The notes under the pieces are model-generated. The model saw only the letters and a program-made list of their open reading frames with translations. It had not been told where the DNA came from and did not search any database. DNA of 63,687 nt, counting the filler, from Kipferlia bialata (taxonomy: Eukaryota), in the NCBI GenBank assembly GCA_003568945.1. It is 4 parts of 4 records of this genome, joined end to end, with 100 filler letters (N's around TTAATTAATTAA, not from the genome) between each part and the next. Parts side by side here need not be neighbours in the genome. Positions count along the whole stretch, not along the records: positions 20,215 to 40,318 come from BDIP01000393.1; positions 40,419 to 60,506 come from BDIP01000394.1; 2 more parts are not named here. The stretch is one strand, 5' to 3'. The translations under genes and the position numbers were made by a program. This document shows, one piece after another, positions 39,880-53,435 of the stretch. How positions within the stretch are numbered: position 1 is the stretch's first letter; each line of letters opens with the position of its first letter.

Positions 39880-40265
39880 CAACCTATATAACTAAATATA
39901 ACGATTGCTAACCTGTCCTGACGTATGATGTGCCTGTGAGTGTCACCTCCACCTCGGCCTTGGGACCAAGGGCATACTTGGCCTGGGGTCAGGTATGTAT
40001 ATATATATATATATTATATTATATTATAGATATATATTGTATATATACTATACATATGTGGGTGAATACATATATCCATGCTATACAGGGCATACTTGGC
40101 CTGGGGTCAGGTATGTATGTATATATATATGGTTGCACTACTCTGAAATCACAAACTTGGCATACCATTTGACTGTGGACACATATCTCCTATACTACGC
40201 ATATAAATAAAATGATTACATATATATACCCACCTTCTTGTCCTTCTTGTCTGTGTCTAGCACCC

Positions 40266-40266
<1 letters not shown>
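34084..40266 (-). CDS. ER Hsp70-family chaperone, GRP170/HYOU1-like (5' part off contig)
   Basis: Spliced: VTLTGTSYVRTGGDALTRVIAD...ILAAAEKAKQVLSVNTDTRVLVDSLVGDWDFRAK...KTVHTDEAAVLGAAFKGALS; acidic insertions; ends HTDILEDL* (KDEL-like). Confidence 0.75.
35214..35640 (-). repeat. Exon-end echo array (true exon + 5 copies of GTGGAG[G/T]CATATGA[T/C]AG|GTGGG)
   Basis: CCCACCTGTCATATGACTC on + strand at about 35215, 35297, 35378, 35459 and 35515; exon copy at about 35613. Confidence 0.95.
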
Positions 40267-40318
<52 letters not shown>

Positions 40319-40418
40319 NNNNNNNNNNNNNNNNNNNNNNNNNNNNNNNNNNNNNNNNNNNNTTAATTAATTAANNNNNNNNNNNNNNNNNNNNNNNNNN
40401 NNNNNNNNNNNNNNNNNN
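40319..40418. other. Artificial contig spacer N44-TTAATTAATTAA-N44
   Basis: Same linker as 20115-20214. Confidence 0.97.
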
Positions 40419-40867
40419 CCCCACAATCAACCCCCCCCCCCCCACCCCCCCCCCCCCCCCCCCCCCCTCCCCTCGATTAGTATACCCCTTGTGTGACAGT
40501 GCCATATGGCTCTCTCACACTCTCTGTCTCCTAGTGCTCTCTGTCTCTGTCTCTCTCTCTCACACACACCTACTCTATTGCTTTCTGTCTCTAGCACACA
40601 CATTATGACTCTCTCTATTCTATCTACCTTGTCTCCTGTGTAGACACGGTATCTCTCACCCACTTCCCCCCTGCCACTCTCACCTCAAGGTTGCATCTCT
40701 CTCTCTCCCCCTATCTATGTTTATCATAACCCTCTTCTACCCCTATCCTAGGTCAGCACTGCATCTCAACTCTCTCTATCTCCTAAGTGTATGTCAGTCT
40801 AACTCTCTCTATCTCTCTCTCTCTCTTTCTCTCTGTTTTCATATATGTATATATACCTTACCACCAG

Positions 40868-41458
40868 TCTTGCCAGGGTTCCCCCTCAGTGTGTGTCCAT
40901 AGTAGATCTGGGGGACATTGACATCAACACAGAAGAGGTATAGTATATTATACAAATTGTACTATATTACTATAACACTGTAGTATACATATAGTATTGA
41001 GGTGGATCTGGGGGACATCGACATCAATACAGAAGAGGTATATAGCATATATATATTATACTAATTATACTATATAATTAGTATAAGACTATATCACTGT
41101 AGTATGCATATAGTATTGAGGTGGATCTGGGTGACATCGACACCGCGGAGGTATATAGTATACTATACATGTACTATACATATACTATACAAAACGGTTA
41201 AATATATATATATAAATATGTATATAAGTATATATATGTATATATAATATTGTATCACTGGTGGATCTGGGTGACATCGACACCGCGGAGGTATGTAAGT
41301 ATCATTCATGTATATTTGAGAATAAGTCATGTATATTTGGTATATGTCTCTCTCTCTCTATCCTGCAATGACCCCAGAACAGTACTCGGGTGTACCTCTC
41401 TCCCTCTCTCTCTCTCTCTCTATCCTGCAATGACCCCAGAACAGTACTCGGGTGTACA

Positions 41459-41503
<45 letters not shown>

Positions 41504-41910
41504 CCTGCTCTCACCCCAGAACAGCACTCGGGTGTACATTTGTCAGTACACAGTCAGGACTGCAGGTATGTATGTATGTATATGAATGTATGCGTAGGAA
41601 TGGGTATATTAGGTCTATTCTGCACATATGCAAACAGTCAGAGTATTGCTGACCTAATCTTCTCTCCTAGCCTCCTCCCTCCCTCCCTTTCCGTTTCTGG
41701 CCCTTCATCTTTGTCTCTCTCCCTCTCTCTCTCTCTCTGTCTATCTCACGCTCTCTCCCTCTCTTTCAAATATGTTCTCCACTTCATCTCTCTCTCTCTC
41801 TCCCCCCCACTCCTCACCCCAGACATTATATATGTATATATTCATATATATATATATATATATTTGTATATCACCTCACCCCAGTGCAACACTTCAGCTC
41901 CCACCGGTTC

Positions 41911-41944
<34 letters not shown>

Positions 41945-42916
41945 CTCACCCCAGTGCACCACTTCAGCTCCTACCGGTTCTCTCTCTCTCTCTCTTTCTC
42001 TCTCCCCCCCCCTCTCTCTCCTCACCCTAGTACTCCACTTCAGTTCCTACCGGTTGATATCCTACAACGCGGTCAGGTATGGGATCCTATATATATACAT
42101 ATAACAGGTAGTATCCTGTACTACGTGGTGTTGATTATTATTTATTATTTGTTACAATTTTCCAACAGTCCTTCATGCTCTAATCTATAGGAATATTGAT
42201 GCCTGTCTGTTTGCCATGGCCCTTGTGACTGTATATGCATATATATATATAATATTATTATATATATACACATATATATATATGGAATAATGTCAATGAT
42301 ATATGTATTATATATATATGGTATAGTATCGCTCTAATTGTTTGCCCTTGCCCTATGGACACATTATATATATATATATGTATACAATATATATATATAG
42401 TATGTATATATATGTAATATCCTAATCTCTAGGAACATTGATGCGTGCCTGTCTGCCCTTGCCCTATGGACATTATTAATGTATATATACTACATCCTAT
42501 ATACTATATATATAACATAATGTATTTGATATACTATTGGCCTAATCTCTAGGAATATTGATGCCTGCCTGTCTGCCCTTGCCCTTGGTAACCAGCCCCT
42601 GCCCCTACATCTGACATATAGGTATAATATATATATATACACAGATACATTTACCTGCCCCCACCCCCATACAACTGGTATATAGGTTTGCAATGTAAAA
42701 TGCCATATACTAATAGTATTTTGAATTTGTACTGTGTGTATCTTGTTTCCCACCCCATACAGGTGGTGTATAGGTATGCGCATTGTGATATATATACTTA
42801 TCGATCGATCTGAAATCCCAAGCGATACCCTTGTTATGTCTGGTCAATATACAAGGAAGTCACCCCAAGGTATCCATATTATGTAGGATACGTATATAAG
42901 GATATATATATTATAT

Positions 42917-42948
<32 letters not shown>

Positions 42949-44503
42949 CCTTACCCTAGGGACGCCCTTCGGTGTCAGCAGTGGCCTGGTGTATCCGTAC
43001 AAGTCTATTATGTATAATAATAATATAACATATATATAAATATAGTGAATTATTCACTTCAGGGATGCCCTTCGGAGGCAGCAGTGGCCTGGTGTGCTGT
43101 GGGGAGTTTGTCTCAGAGGTAAGGACTCTTGAACAGTAACTATTCTCTCTCTCTAGACCCTTTTACCCCAGGCTACTCTGTTGTCCCTCAGGAAGTATTC
43201 TCTCTCTCTCTCTCTCTAGACCCTTTTACCCCAGGCTACTCCATTGTCCTATCAGGTGTCACGGGCAAGGGTTATCTCAATGTACGTTTATGTATAGATG
43301 TGTAATATGTATAGAAATGTGTAGTGTGTAGTATGTGTATAGTATGATATTGGCAAGGGCTATCTTAGTGCACATATATATGTATATATACAACCATCTA
43401 TACATTGTTTTTCATATATATAGATATATTCACATATATAGGTATATATATTATGATATTGGCAAGGCTATCTCAGTGCGTACCTTACCGTTGCGATGGT
43501 AATTGTGTAGAATTGATTTCTGGTAGATTGAACCTTGGATTGATTCTTTCATTGATTCCAGGCGTCCTCGGGGCTACGTGCATTTGGTGCAGAGGTTCTG
43601 GACAGTCTAGGTGAGTCTCTCTCTCTGTCTCTCTCTCTCTCTCTCTCTACACCCTTATTACCTGAGCTAAGAGACATATAGGGTGTATATGATATATATA
43701 TTTGTTTTAGTATGATCATTTCCCACCTCTTTGTCCCCTTCTCTCTCTCTCCCTCTACACCCTTATTCTCAGGCCCCCTCCAGTGGGACAGTGANNNNNN
43801 NNNNNNNCTCTACACCCTTATTCTCAGGCCCCCTCCAGTGGGACAGTGACTCTCTCTCTCTCGACACCCTTATTCTTCCACCTATTTGTCTCCTTCTCTC
43901 TCTCTCTCCCCCCCTCTACACCCTTATTCTCAGGCCCTCTTCAGTGGGACAGGGATACCAAGAGGATTGTGTTGGCTAACAGGGGAGGTATTGAGCGTGC
44001 TATGTACTTAGAGTACACTAATAGTCTTTTAGTATTAATAGTGTATAAAGTGTGTGTTTAATAGTATTTAATTTGCCAAGAGTTTAGTGATCGGCAAGTA
44101 ATTGTATATATAGACATTCTATACACGTTGTACATATGTTCATATATACAAGTAGACTATGATATCCAATAATCTATCCTCCATTTCAGGCACCCCCACC
44201 GTGTGTGATGCCCCCAAGTGTGTATTGATCCAGCGTGTAGATACTAGTATATATGTATATGTGTGTCAGTATATATATATATGCCTATATCTATTAGTAT
44301 TTCTAATTCCAGGCACCCCCACCGTGTGTGATGCCCCCAAGTGTGTGCCACCTGTGCCTGTGGTCAACTCAGGGTATCTCTCTCTCTATCTCTCTTATGT
44401 ATAAGGGTGTAAAGGATATATTGTTCTGGATACATGTATATTCTTTGTAGTGTATTATATTAGTCCGATGAGTGTGCCACCTGTGCATGTGGTCAACGCA
44501 GGG

Positions 44504-44541
<38 letters not shown>

Positions 44542-46770
44542 GGGTGTACTGGGGAGTATACCTATATATACCTCACCCTCAGGTGGCTCAGTATATATAT
44601 GTGTTCATACGTACTAGGCCTAGTAATATATATTTTTATATATTCTGTTTATATCTTTCTGTGCTCTTCCATATATACCTCACCCTCAGGTGGCTCCAGA
44701 CCCTCATGAAGGAGTGCATAGTGCCAGAGTATGCAGAGTGAGTATATATATACATTTATATACCCATATGTAAATATACTTATATATTCTATCATCAGTA
44801 CACTATATATATATATACCTTGTATTCATATATATACCCTCATGAAAGAAGGCATGGTGCCAGAGTATGCAGAGTGGGTAGTATATACATATATATATTT
44901 ATATAATCAATACACTGTATATAAACACCTTGTATTCATATATATACCCTCATGACCGCAGGCATGGTGCCAGAGTATGCAGAGTGAGTATTTGTTAATA
45001 TCTATGTATATGTAGGGTACATTATAGTATATATATGAATGACACCACTATTCACTATATATACGATATTTATGCGCTCATGGCCAAGTACCAGAGTATG
45101 CAAAGTGAGTGATATATAGTGCCTGAGTGATATATATATGTGTCAGTACACTATATGTATATCATATACTAATTACTATTGTGGGATGCCTAACCCTCAG
45201 GTTCCCTCTGAAGCCTCTGTGCAACCTTGAAGTGACAGCAACCGGATTCCTCGGTAATAGTTCTCTCTCTCTCTATACACCCGTATTACACTCACAGGGA
45301 TTGTTGTGACAGATCAGTCATTCCCTCAGTCTCTCCCTGCCCCCTCTCTCTCCCTCTACACCCTTATTCCAGACAGGAAACTGTACAGGAAGTACCGGAA
45401 CATCATCACCCAGGTACTATCTCTCCCTGCTATACTATCTCTCTCCCCCTTACACCCTTTCACTCTCCTTGCATATATTCTGTTCATTATCTCTCTCTAC
45501 CTACACCCTTATGCTTCCTCTCTCTCTCGTGCTTCACCCTTATTACACAGGAACTTGATGGCACTGTCCACGAGTCTATAGACCCAAAGACCAAGATTAA
45601 TCTGGTCATAGTAGGTACAGTAACTTGACTATGATGGACCATGGTTGACTATACGTGACAATTCTTGACCCTCATTGACTTTCCATGACTGTTATTGACC
45701 CTGATTGACCCCTTAGGACCAGACTGGAGTGCCAAGAGAGTGTCATTGGTCACCAACTTAACCACTAAGATTGGTAAGTGTGATGTATAGGAGGAGTATC
45801 CATAATGGATTTCCACTGCTATTTGAAGTATCAGAGAACATGGTGTTATTAGCTTCTATATATATTCTTCCTTATATCAAGGTTTTGCCCTCTCTCTCTA
45901 TCTCTATCTATCTATTCATTTCCAGGTTTTGCCCTTGATGCCAACTGCCAGATAGTGTCACTACAGTGGCTGGACAGGTATATATATATATGAACACTTC
46001 GCATATGTATATATATATCTATAATATTGTATAATAACGATATATAGATATATATATATATATATAGAAATTGATGTATATGTAGATAGCGTCTCTACAG
46101 TGGCTGGACAGGTATATATAGATATATATATATACATATTCATATTTAGTAATAATAGTGTATATATGCGTATATGTACAGTAATTGATGTATATACAGA
46201 TNNGTAATAATAGTGTATATATGCGTATATGTACAGTAATTGATGTATATACAGATAGCGTCTCTACAGTGGCTGGACAGTAATAGTTTTAATATATATA
46301 TTCAATTATATAATATATAATTATATGAGATAATAGCAATATATACATGTATTCAAATATTGTAATAATAGTGTATATGTATATATATATATATAGTAAT
46401 TGATGTTACAGTGGATGGACGGGTATATGTATATATATAGATTGATAGATTTACAGTATATATATAGAGAGAGAGAGTGTGTGTGTGTGTGTATATATAG
46501 AGATGTGTATGTAGGTGTGTGAATACATATCCAAAATGCTGTATATCACCAATAATTATCAGTTTCTATAGTATATACATTGATATGTTAGTATATATAT
46601 ATGTGTGTGTGTATACTGATGCTGTAACCCCCAAATCTACTAGTACCATTTCGTAATATATTTAAGCTTTTCTTGTTCTTTCTGTATAGCATGAGACCCT
46701 TTATGTATTACTAGACCCTAATATCAGGATACGCTCTACTGGGAAGTGGGAGACACCAGACATGACGGAG

Positions 46771-46813
<43 letters not shown>

Positions 46814-49800
46814 TAGGTAGTATATATGTATAGTGTATATATGTATGTATGAGTGTATATTGCATATAGTGGGAGATACCAGACATGACGGAGAAGGTAT
46901 AGATATGCAGCAATGAATGTTCACATATGTATATAGTATATGTATGTGTTTGTGGGGATAAATACAAAGTACATTGTGGGAGAGCAGACATGGCAGAGAG
47001 GGTAAGATTAAATAAAACTTTTTATTTAATTTAAGAATAAAATTAAAATTTCTAATTTCTAAATTAAATTTAAAAATGAATTTAATTTATAATAAATAAA
47101 ACTTACTCTCTTGACATAGATTCTAATACACACTTGTGTATATATATTGATTCCCAGGTCCTTTGCAGCAGTTCCATTCAACTATAGTAGTATTATTTAC
47201 TCTATGCGCATTATTAGAATAGATGTATATATATATGAGTGTGTGTATATTGTTATGAATATGGGTGTGTGTCTATTATTATTATATATGTGTGTGTATG
47301 TATGTATATACTAATTCACAGACAGAAGCTGGAACAGGAGGCGAGGTCATTCATGTAATGTTCTATACTCTCTATTGTATTACTATGTAATTGTATTTAT
47401 ATATATATATGTGTGTGTGTGTATATTATATACTAATACCCAGGTCAGAGAGAGGGTGGAGCAGGAGGCGAGGCCCAGACCGTTCGTCAAGGAGAAGGTA
47501 GGACTTCTCTCTCTCTCTCTCTCTCTCTCCCTACACCCATATTTCAGGTCTACACTAAGCTCTCTGGTAGCAGGATCTGTATCGCTGGGTGTGAGAGAGG
47601 GGATCCCGACTTCAAACAGGCAGAGGTATGTATTATACTATACTGTATGTGAGGTACTGTATATATCATACTATATAAGTATCTGCAAGATTCATACTAC
47701 ATTTATGCATACATTATAGTGACAGAGGGGGGACCCAGACTTCAAACAGGCAGAGGTAAGATCCTTGTATATTTTGTATTGCTGTGACTGCTACTATAGA
47801 GGTTTCTCACACTCTGTACCTTTCTCCCTTTATACTCTATTGATTGTCACAATCTCTTCCTTTACACCTATGCCTCATTTCACTCCTTCTCCAAACCTCT
47901 CCTTCCCTCTACACCCTCATTGCACTCTTCCATCTCTATCTCTCTCCATCTACACCCGTATTTCTCTCCTCCTCCTTCCCTCTCTCCATCTGCACCCTCA
48001 TCTCTCTCCTCCTCCTTCTCTCTCTCCCTCTACACCCTTATTTCACTTCTTCTTCGTCTCTTAGAAGTTCTCTCTCTCCCTCTACACCCTTATTTCAGCT
48101 TGATGGGTTCAACATTGTGGCATTCTCCGAGATCCAGCAGGAGCCTACAAAGGGTATGAATATATATATGTATGTATGAGTAATTTCATACAAATATGTA
48201 GTATATTCATATCTATATATGTATATTCAGCAGGAGCCCACAAAGGGTATGTCTATACACATATATGTACTATATACATAATAGTATATCAATCCTGTCT
48301 ATATATATAATACATAGCCTCCAAAGGGTATGTCCATATACATGTATTCATATATATCTGTGTCCGAGTATTTATGTGTTCTCACCTGAATCCCCTGGTG
48401 TCCAAATATTTTACATATACATTTAGATATTATATATAGACATATTATATATAGATATATTATACATAGATATATTATATTGACATTTAGATATTATATA
48501 TATATTATATATAGACATATTATATATAGATATATTATATATAGATATATTTTCTATATATATTAATTTTACATATATTTTGTAGATTTGTATATTAGTA
48601 CTCATTCCATGCGTCTACCTCATATATGAGGATGACACCTTCCCAGAGTACAGTATATGCATATATATAAATAGGTCAATTATATATACACACACATATA
48701 TATATATTCACTAACTTAAGGGGTGTACATCATCTCCAAGGATGACACCTACCCAGAGTACCAGGACACACTGCAGAGCATGGCACAGGGAAACAGGTAT
48801 ATATATGTATGTATACTAATATGATATATACTATATAAGGGAAACATGTATATATATACATACCAGGACACACTCCAGAGTATGGCACAGGGAAACAGGT
48901 ATTGTTAAAGTATTACATATATATACATATATGTAAGGATTCATATCTGTATGTATGCATATGTATTTAAATTGAGTATTCGTTCCAGGACACACTGCAG
49001 AGCATGGCACAGGGAAACAGGTATTGTCCCAATGATACATGCATATATATAGTAACCATATATTGGGGATCGCACAACTCCAATATGTATAAATGTAAGT
49101 ATATATATATATATGTTTATATATATTAATATATATATATGAATACCAGGACACACTCCAGAGCATGGCACAGGGAAACAGGTGTGTGTATGTACATGTA
49201 TGTATTTATACTAATGGCACACTACTAATCTAATGCCCAGGCTGCACTCCCTGGCCTTCTACTAGTTCTGCACAGCCATATATATACTATCAATATATAT
49301 ACTATTTTATACATTATTTATACATTATTACTATATGTATTCACTATACTAATCCTCAGACTGCACTCCCTGGCCTTCTACCAGTTCTGCACTGCCAGAG
49401 ACACACAGCCCACAGCCAACCTGCTGCCAAGGCTGTTTGAGGTGGGTATATATATATACAAAATGTATATATATATATATATATATATGTGCTATTGTAG
49501 TTATTAGTAATACGCTGAACACGTTATATTGTAGATTCTCACAGCCCACAGCCAACCTGCTGCCAAGGCTCTTTGAGGTATGTATGCACATATATATATG
49601 TATATATACTAACTATATGCATATATGTATACTAACTATATGTATATATATATATGTATATACATATATACTAATAGTATACCAATATGTCCTTATCCCA
49701 GCCCTCCCCTCCCCCTCGGCACTTAGAGAACCAATCAGTGCTGATAGTGGGAGATGAGAAGGGTATGATGTATATATGTTAATATACAATGAATATGTAG

Positions 49801-51160
49801 TATGTATTATATACAAACATACTTGTATCTTGTAGACAGTGCTGATTGTATCGGACGAGAAGGGTAGGGATAGATATATACGCCTCTCCAGATGCGAAGG
49901 GAGAGATGGTCTCTCTCTCTCTCTCTCTCTCTCTCTTCATCCTGACCCTTATTTCAGGACCTGATCATGCCCTATGTGCCAGTCTGTGTGTGCAGCGTCT
50001 TGGAGGTTCAGTAAAGGGTGTAGAGGGGAAGGGAGAGGAGACACCGGATGCATGGGAGGGTATTACCTTGGTGGTGGACCTAAATCAGGTATGTTGTATA
50101 TATAGTGTATATCTATAGTATATGTCGGTTACTCATAAATACTACTTATAGTGGCTACACCCTTGTTTCAACCCTCAGGACCACCAGGAGAGAGCTGTTG
50201 AGACTATGCATATATATATATATATATATAGCTCTCTATACATGTATAGCTACGATGCACCCTTTTCTCATTCTTAGGACCATCAAGAGGTTGAGAAGAG
50301 GAAACTATATATATAGTATATCTATAATATATATTGGTGAGTAAATCATTAATACTTCTATAGTGGCTACACCCTTTACTCACCCTCAGGACCACCAGGA
50401 GAGAGAGGTCGAGAAGAGGAGACAGGGCCTGAGGGGGGCTGAGGTGGTACCCGTGGTGACGAGGTATATACTTTTATTATAGTATATATATACATTCATA
50501 GATAGCTTGAGAGAGAGAGAGAGAGACAGGGCCTGAGGGGGGCAGAGGTGATACCCGTGGTGACCAGGTATATACTTATATTATAGTATATATATGCATT
50601 CATAGATAGCTTGAGGGAGAGAGAGAGAGAGAGACAGGGCCTGAGGGGGGCTGAGGTCATACCGGTGGTGACCAGGTATAGACTAGTGTATAGAGTATAT
50701 ATATACATTCATAGATAGTTTGATAGAGAGAGAGAGAGACAGGGCCTGAGGTGATACCCGTGGTCACGAGGTAATCCGTAAGACATACATTGCTGTATAT
50801 GTATTCTTATTCATATACACATACACACCAGTGGTGAAGAGGTAATACGTATATAGTAGTGGATACTCTCTGTACTTCTCCCGCTCTCTATAAGCCTCCA
50901 GTTTCTGACCTACATAAGCCAAGTGTACTCGTGTTGGTATTTGAGTGTAGTAGATATATACAATAGTATACAATACTCTCACTCCAGGGGCCATCAGTTC
51001 CTGACCGACCTACAAGTGAATGGATACATTTGTATATATGCTTAAAAAAAATTGTATGCTATTTGTTTATGTATGTATACTTCTCTCACCTTCAGGGGCC
51101 TCCAGTTCCTGACCAACCTCCTGGGCATGCCTGGGTCAGGGGGGGCTAGGTATGCATATA

Positions 51161-51193
<33 letters not shown>

Positions 51194-52930
51194 GTCTAAT
51201 GATAGTAAATATATGTATATATTTGCATTTACTATGTATATCTATATGTCTATATATATATATATTTCCTGACCAACCTGCTGGGCATGCCAGGGTCAGG
51301 GGGGGCTAGGTATACATTGATATATGTCATATTCATTATATGTGTTATATATGATATATAGTTATATATGATTTGAGAGAGAGAGAGACTCACTACATAT
51401 ATGTATGGGGCTAGGTGATGGTATGACTGTTCTTTGAATTGATTTGAATTGATATGAGTTGTTGCTCTCTCTATCTCCCTAAGTATACCACTATTATTGC
51501 TCTCTCTCTCTCCGTGTGAATCAATTTACCCCCAGTCTCTCTCTCATTGATGTGTTCTCTCTCTCTCTCTCTCTCTCTGTATACATATATACCCCTCACC
51601 CCCAGTCTGTCTCTCCATGAGGCCATTGATGTGTTCTCTCTCTCTCTCTCTGTGTGTCTATATATGTTGCATCTCTTACACGCAGTCTGTCTCTCCATGA
51701 GGCCATTGATGTGTTCAGACACGAGCCAATCACAGAGAGGTATGCAGAATGTAGTGAACACTATAGTTCTCTCTACACCCTTTATTCACCTCAGAGGCAA
51801 CATGGATGGCCTGGACTCACTCCTAAGCACTGTGAGGGCACAGAGGTATGTATATATGTATATACTGTACATATGACTATACCTAATAGTATATGTATTT
51901 TACAATAGACTACAAATATATATATACATATGTGTATGTATATGGATGGCCTGAACTCACTCCCAAGCACTGTAAGGGCACAGAGGTATGCACTAATATA
52001 ATGGCATAAAGTATATGTATATATTTCTTATTGGTATGAATGTATATACAAATATATATGGACCATATTTGGATGGTACCTTATGCCTCACCCTCCAGGT
52101 CCGCTGTACCACTAGATGTCAGCCCAACCTCGGGACACTCAAGGCTCAAGGTATTATATATATGTATATATACACATATATATTATGTATACATTATACT
52201 ATATATGTATTACCTCTGGACACTCAAGACTCAAGGTATTATATTGTATACATATGTATATAGATAGGTAATACTATTTATAGATAGATAGATGGATAGA
52301 TATCATCTGGACACTCAAGACTCAAGGTATTATAATGCAAATAGTCTAGTATATACATTATGTATTGATATACATTATGTATATATATATATGTGTGTGA
52401 GTGCCTTTGCCTTGACCTCTGGACACTCAAGACTCAAGGTATTCTAATGGCTAATAAGGCACTATTCAAATGGGTATTTATGTTCTAACTATATAGTTAG
52501 GAATTATTGCTTCTAACAATAGGTGCAGAGCGAGAGAGAGAGACTGGAGGAGATTGAGAGAGAGAGACTCAGGGCCAGTGAGGAGAGACACCGAGAGAGT
52601 GAGGAGAGGCGGTGGATTGATAACAGGTATGTATGTGTGTATATATATACTGTTTGAGTAGCAGTTAAACCGGTCTTCCCGTCTTTTAGCCGGCTGCGTA
52701 TATATCACATACTTGATGTGTTTCGTTCTATTAGGCCCAGTAATGCCCCATAACCGGAGCAACTACGGCAGTATTATCCAAAGATAACTATATTCATGTA
52801 TAGTCTATGATCAGTGGGGACCTATCATTCTCTTACCGTCTTACAATCTCGACGTCTAACCGTCTTACCGTCTAACCGTAGCAACTACGGCAGTATGACC
52901 CAGGACAAGGCAGGGGTCATGTGGATAGAC

Positions 52931-52933
<3 letters not shown>
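40868..52933 (+). CDS. Multi-BRCT protein, TopBP1/Rad4/Dpb11-like; about 28 small exons (start uncertain)
   Basis: BRCT-like units: GYSIVLSGV..LRAFGAEV..PVVNSGWLQTL; FPLKPLCNLEVTATGFLDRK..IITQELDGTVHESIDPKTKINLVIV..QIVSLQWLDRIRSTG; VQRLGGSV..ITLVV..PVVTR; stop TAG 52931-52933. Confidence 0.7.
48759..49185 (+). repeat. Exon-end echo array (4 copies of CCAGGACACACT[G/C]CAGAG[C/T]ATGGCACAGGGAAACAG|GT)
   Basis: Copies at about 48759 (exon), 48861, 48984 and 49144. Confidence 0.95.
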
Positions 52934-52978
<45 letters not shown>

Positions 52979-53435
52979 ATGGCAGTGAGAGAGAGTCAGA
53001 TATCGTGTGTGTGTGTGTGTGTGTAAAGGTTCATTAGAATTGGAGAGAGATGTGCGCTGGTAATAGATAGACGTTCAATTACAGTGGGTCAATGTCCACT
53101 CTCTCTACTGGCTTCTGTCGCTGTGTATTATGGTTGGCTACTGCTGTTGAGAATGACATTCTTGTCACTATCCCAACATGACATGTAAGAGTGTACTATA
53201 TATAGTGTCCGATGGTTCTGTGACATGTTTTAGGGTTCTACAGTAACACTGTAGTCAAGTGTTGTCACTGAGTCTGGCACACACTGTAGAGACAGTACCT
53301 ATACAGTGGAAGGTGTACAGTCATATGACCCCACCCCTGTCTCTCCCTGCTCACTCCCTTTACTAAGAGACAGAGAGTCCTACCACTGTACTACTCCTAC
53401 CCATCAACTCGAAATACCTGGATACTGACACCCTC

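Noticed and set aside
21280..52300. Many ORF-track entries rich in YIYI, SLSL, CVCV or RERE
   Set aside because: They are translations of intronic dinucleotide microsatellites
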